Shown: positions 60,382-64,000 of the stretch, piece by piece
Position numbering within the stretch: the stretch's first letter is position 1
How the letters are laid out: every line of letters begins with the position of its first letter
NCBI GenBank assembly: GCA_964416025.1
Contig: CAYQCJ010000001.1
Span: 41,586-105,585 of the forward strand
DNA from: an uncultured Staphylococcaceae bacterium
Lineage (GTDB): Bacteria; Bacillota_I; Bacilli_A; RFN20; CAG-826
DNA length: 64,000 nt
Reading direction: 5' to 3'
Notes under the pieces: model-generated
Told to the model about the DNA's origin: nothing
The model's input: the letters and a program-made list of their open reading frames with translations, nothing else
Databases searched by the model: none
Position numbers and translations under genes: made by a program

Positions 60382-62385
60382 ATGAAAAAAGAACTGACAT
60401 TGGCCGAGAAAATTGAAAGTTTGAGTGGTGTTGATGGATGGAAAACTGCTAATTTTGAAGGCGCCTTAAAATCAGTTTTTATGTCGGACGGTCCTAACGG
60501 AGTGCGACAAGTTTATCAAGAAATAAATACTGTTCAATCAGCATACAAAAACAATGCATATCCTACTTTATCTGCTTTAGCAAACACACGGAATAAAGAA
60601 ATGGTATATGAAATTGGCAATTGTATTGCCGAAGATTGCATCAAACAAAACATTAATATTATTTTGGGTCCTGGTGTAAATATTAAAAGAAATCCACTGT
60701 GTGGAAGAAATTTTGAATATTTTAGTGAAGATCCTTATTTAGCTGGTATATTGGCCTCAGCATATATTAATGGTGTTCAAAGCCGCGGAGTTGGGGCTTG
60801 TTTGAAACATTTTTGTGCAAACAATTCTGAATATGATAGATTTTATCAATCTAGTGAAATTGACGAAAGAACGCTTCATGAAATTTATTTAAGGCCTTTC
60901 GAAATTGCAATTAAAAATTCTAAACCTCGGACTATGATGTGCTCATATAATCCTGTAAATGGCGTATATACTAGCGAATCTAACGAATTAATAAATAACG
61001 AATTAAGATGTAGACTAGGTTTTGATGGTTACATGATTAGCGATTGGGGAGCTGTACGTGATAGAGCAAAATCATTAAAAGCTGGAATTGATTTAGCAAT
61101 GCCTTTCGATTCTAAGTTCGCTGATCAATTAAAGACAGGTCTTGATGATGGTTTTATAAAAGAAAAAGATATTGATCTATCTATTAATAGATTAATTACT
61201 TTAAATCAAAAAATAGAAATAAATAAAGACAAATACAAAATAACTCTCTCAGAAGAAGATAAAAATAAAATTGCTATTAAAGCAAGCGAAGAATCAATAA
61301 TTTTATTAAAAAATGCCGATAATTTATTACCATTAAAAAATAAGGAAGATAGCATCGCTGTTATTGGTTATTTTGCCGAACATCCTACAATTTGTGGAGA
61401 AGGAAGTGCAAAAGTTGTTCCTATTAGAGAAGACCTTTCATTAATAGATAAACTAACAAAAGAAGAGGGATTTACAAGGGTTTTTTACGAAAGTGCGTAT
61501 ATTATTAGATATAATTTAATACAGCCTTGTGGTTATAAAAACGCAATAAAATTGGCTGACGAATGCAATAATGTTATTTTGTGTGTTGGCAATAACGATC
61601 TTATTGAAAAAGAGGAAACAGATAGAGAAACAATAAATTTAAAACCTCAAATCGTAGATTTAATTAATAAAGTATCAAAAGTTAATTCGAATACTATTTT
61701 AGTTATTTATGCTGGCTCGGTTGTAAATTTAAATGAAATTAAAGATAAAGTAAAAACCATTGTTTTTGCAGGTTACAATGGTCAAGGCGTTAATGATGCT
61801 CTAGCTAAAATTATTTCTGGCAAAGTAAATCCATCCGGAAAAACAAGTGAAACATTTATAGCTGATGAGAACAATTCTTATTTTAAAAGTAATGTTGGCG
61901 ATTCATTTGTTGAAAATTATAGAGAAAAAGGCTTGGTTGGTTATAGGTATTACGAGAAAAAGAACATTGATGTTGTTTATCCGTTTGGCTTCGGCCTTTC
62001 TTATTCAGAGTTTGAATATTCTAATTTAAGGGTTAAGAAAATAAGCGAATTAAATTATGAAATCTCTTACGATATTAAAAATATTTCAAATATAGATGGA
62101 AAAGAAATATCACAAATCTATGTTGGAAATGAATTTTTAATGGTTGAAATGCCTAAGAAACAACTTGTTAATTTCTCTAAAGATTTAATTAAAGCTGGAG
62201 AAACCAAAACAATTTCGTTAAATATTGATGAAGATGCTTTTAGATATTATTCTCTTGAGACTCATAATTGGTATGTCGAGAACGGAACATATAAATTATA
62301 CGTTTGCTCATCATCAAAAGATGTACGTTTAGAAGATAAAATTGTTATTAAAAGAGATTATTGTTCTCAATATTCAAATAAGTAA
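60382..62385 (+). CDS. Cytoplasmic GH3 beta-glucosidase (BglX-like)
   Basis: FSEDPYL. KHFCANNSE. GFDGYMISDWGAV nucleophile block. No signal peptide. Confidence 0.85.
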   Translation: MKKELTLAEKIESLSGVDGWKTANFEGALKSVFMSDGPNGVRQVYQEINTVQSAYKNNAYPTLSALANTRNKEMVYEIGNCIAEDCIKQNINIILGPGVNIKRNPLCGRNFEYFSEDPYLAGILASAYINGVQSRGVGACLKHFCANNSEYDRFYQSSEIDERTLHEIYLRPFEIAIKNSKPRTMMCSYNPVNGVYTSESNELINNELRCRLGFDGYMISDWGAVRDRAKSLKAGIDLAMPFDSKFADQLKTGLDDGFIKEKDIDLSINRLITLNQKIEINKDKYKITLSEEDKNKIAIKASEESIILLKNADNLLPLKNKEDSIAVIGYFAEHPTICGEGSAKVVPIREDLSLIDKLTKEEGFTRVFYESAYIIRYNLIQPCGYKNAIKLADECNNVILCVGNNDLIEKEETDRETINLKPQIVDLINKVSKVNSNTILVIYAGSVVNLNEIKDKVKTIVFAGYNGQGVNDALAKIISGKVNPSGKTSETFIADENNSYFKSNVGDSFVENYREKGLVGYRYYEKKNIDVVYPFGFGLSYSEFEYSNLRVKKISELNYEISYDIKNISNIDGKEISQIYVGNEFLMVEMPKKQLVNFSKDLIKAGETKTISLNIDEDAFRYYSLETHNWYVENGTYKLYVCSSSKDVRLEDKIVIKRDYCSQYSNK

Positions 62386-62394
62386 GGATTATTT

Positions 62395-63906
62395 ATGATA
62401 TATAAAATTGATTTAATTAAAAATGAAGGGTTCTATGGGGGAGCCATCAATGACGGAATTTCTATGCCATATAAAGATGGCAATTTTTCACGAGATTTAA
62501 GAGAGTGGCACGGAGGAAACCAAGCTTCTTCAATTCTGGTTTCTAATAAAGGTAGATATGTCTATTCAAATTACCCATTCAATATAAAATTAGAAAATAA
62601 TTGTATTATTATTGAATCGGAACATGAAGTTGTAATCTCAAAAAACGGAAGCAATTTAAAGTCAGGATATGAGGGATTGGCAAGGGATTTTTATAAAAAT
62701 GATCATAAAACTCCTAATTTATTGATGTTTGAAAAACCACAATATAACACCTGGATTGAGATGGAATGGGATTGCACAGAAACTAAAGTTTTGAAATATG
62801 CTCATGAAATAATTAGTAATGGATATCCAACGGGTGTATTAATGATTGATGATTGCTGGTGCAAAGATTATGGCGTATGGGATTTTGATGTTGAAAAATT
62901 CCCAAATGCTAAGAGAATGGTTGATGAATTGCATAAATTAGGATTTAAAGTAATGCTTTGGATTTGTCCTTTTGTTTCTCCAGATAGCAAAGAATTTCGT
63001 GAATTAGAATCTAAAGGCTTATTGGTTAAAAAAGATGATCAAAGTGCTATATCTCATTGGTGGAATGGGTATTCGGGCGTTCTAGATTTGTCAAAACCTG
63101 AAGCAAGAGATTATTTTAACAATATTGCTGATAATTTAATGAATAAATATGGTGTTGATGGATTCAAAATGGATGCTGGTGATCCTGAATATTATCACGA
63201 AGGCTTTAAATTTGCTGATGGCAAAGAAAAATCATTTCAAGCTCAATATTGGGCTGAAATGGGTGAAAGATATGAATTTAATGAATTAAGAGTAGCTTTT
63301 AATAATAATTTAAAATGTGTTGCTCATAGATTGAGAGATAAAAATCATTCTCGGGATAATGAAGGATTAAATATGTTAATTCCAAATGCTTTAGCGATGG
63401 GAATTTGTGGTTATCCATATTTATGCCCAGATATGATAGGCGGCGGAATGGTTCCTGATTTTCATAGAGAAGGTTTTAAGTTTGATGAAGAACTTTTTGT
63501 TCGTTATGCTCAAGTGGCAGCTCTATTCCCAATGATGCAATTTTCAAGATCTCCTTGGAAAGTTTTGTCAGTCAAAAATCAAGATTATTGCCTAAATGCT
63601 GTTAATCTACATTTGAAATATAGTGATTTAATTAAATCGTTGGCAATAAATGCATCTAAAACGGGAGAACCTATTTTAAGATATTTATCATACAATTATT
63701 CAGATGTTGAATATCTTGATGTGAACGACCAATTCTTATTGGGCGATGATATAATGGTTGCCCCACAATTGAAAAAAGGAAATAATAGAAAAGTTGTCGT
63801 TCCTAATGGTGTTTGGGTTGATGAACAAGGAAAAAAATATGAAAAGGGAATTTATGAAATTGAAGTTCCATTATCACGTTTGCCTATTTTTAAAAGGATT
63901 GGATAA
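62395..63906 (+). CDS. GH31-like (clan GH-D) alpha-glycosidase, 503 aa
   Basis: LMIDDCWCKDYGVWDFD and VDGFKMDAGD blocks resemble the GH31/GH27/GH36 catalytic TIM barrel. Contains motif copy E at 62673-62693. Confidence 0.55.
   Translation: MIYKIDLIKNEGFYGGAINDGISMPYKDGNFSRDLREWHGGNQASSILVSNKGRYVYSNYPFNIKLENNCIIIESEHEVVISKNGSNLKSGYEGLARDFYKNDHKTPNLLMFEKPQYNTWIEMEWDCTETKVLKYAHEIISNGYPTGVLMIDDCWCKDYGVWDFDVEKFPNAKRMVDELHKLGFKVMLWICPFVSPDSKEFRELESKGLLVKKDDQSAISHWWNGYSGVLDLSKPEARDYFNNIADNLMNKYGVDGFKMDAGDPEYYHEGFKFADGKEKSFQAQYWAEMGERYEFNELRVAFNNNLKCVAHRLRDKNHSRDNEGLNMLIPNALAMGICGYPYLCPDMIGGGMVPDFHREGFKFDEELFVRYAQVAALFPMMQFSRSPWKVLSVKNQDYCLNAVNLHLKYSDLIKSLAINASKTGEPILRYLSYNYSDVEYLDVNDQFLLGDDIMVAPQLKKGNNRKVVVPNGVWVDEQGKKYEKGIYEIEVPLSRLPIFKRIG
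62673..62693 (+). repeat. Copy E of the motif family inside the GH31-like CDS (GGGATTGGCAAGGGATTTTTA)
   Basis: Identical over 20 nt to copy C. Encodes EGLARDFY. Confidence 0.6.
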
Positions 63907-64000
63907 ATGATTTATAAAGTTATTGATTTATATAATTACTTTAATATCAAAAAGAATGGGGATTTGCAGGGGTTTTTGCATATTTACGCTCTTGAAAATC
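63907..64000 (+). CDS. Start of a further gene (MIYKVIDLYNYF...), possibly a GH31 paralog; runs off the window
   Basis: The ATG overlaps the upstream TAA (TAAATGA). Its N-terminus resembles the MIYKIDL start of the preceding gene. Contains motif copy F at 63958-63978. Confidence 0.3.
   Translation, partial: MIYKVIDLYNYFNIKKNGDLQGFLHIYALEN
63958..63978 (+). repeat. Copy F of the motif family (GGGGATTTGCAGGGGTTTTTG)
   Basis: Variant with T in place of G at motif position 8 and no A before the T-run (GGGGTTTTT). 52 nt after the GH31 stop. Confidence 0.5.

Noticed and set aside
1-64000. CRISPR arrays, tRNA/rRNA genes, and integrase/transposase or phage structural genes
   Set aside because: I found no short regularly spaced direct repeats and no tRNA-like cloverleaf candidates. 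I found no recombinase-like ORFs. The helicase islet therefore has no visible mobility gene, and the window does not look like a prophage or IS-rich region.

Overview
Low-GC (about 30%), standard-code window with almost everything on the + strand. It looks Firmicute/Mollicute-like (Erysipelotrichia/Acholeplasma style), with many lipobox lipoproteins.

Most of the window is a carbohydrate-foraging neighbourhood:
- A GH94 cellobiose phosphorylase (partial, minus strand at the window start) is divergent from a LacI regulator, a sugar ABC importer and a second GH94-like phosphorylase.
- A surface lipoprotein built of repeated Big_3 plus carbohydrate-binding modules sits next to a membrane-anchored GH3.
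- A YesMN-like two-component system controls an LplABC-like sugar importer.
- The window ends with a cytoplasmic GH3 and GH31-like enzymes.

Other content:
- A complete pstSCAB-phoU-phoPR phosphate locus with a PhoP-type direct-repeat box.
- An AgrC/LytTR two-component pair.
- Two membrane GGDEF cyclases.
- An ArsR-nitroreductase-MBL operon.
- A divergent TetR/DMT pair.
- A glycolipid-type GT8-acyltransferase operon on the minus strand.

Two things stand out:
1. At 10.6-16.7 kb, a more AT-rich insertion sits between a decayed 5'-nucleotidase and a Nudix gene. It holds two adjacent giant helicase-nuclease fusion genes. The first is an SF1 Upf1/DNA2-like helicase with a C-terminal DUF559/Vsr-like nuclease. 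The second is a PLD-nuclease plus SF2 DEVH helicase with a long C-terminal extension. This is a candidate, uncharacterised two-gene anti-phage or anti-plasmid system.
2. A conserved ~21-nt motif, consensus GGGGATTGGCAAGGGATTTTTG, recurs at least 8-10 times in 64 kb. Copies lie immediately 3' of stop codons (one builds a terminator hairpin). Copies are also embedded unchanged inside unrelated coding sequences, in both orientations and different reading frames. This points to a genome-wide DNA-level signal of unknown function.

Smaller observations: two frameshifted pseudogenes, a recent 474-bp tandem duplication inside a lipoprotein gene, and cre/LacI-operator-like sites shared by two sugar loci.
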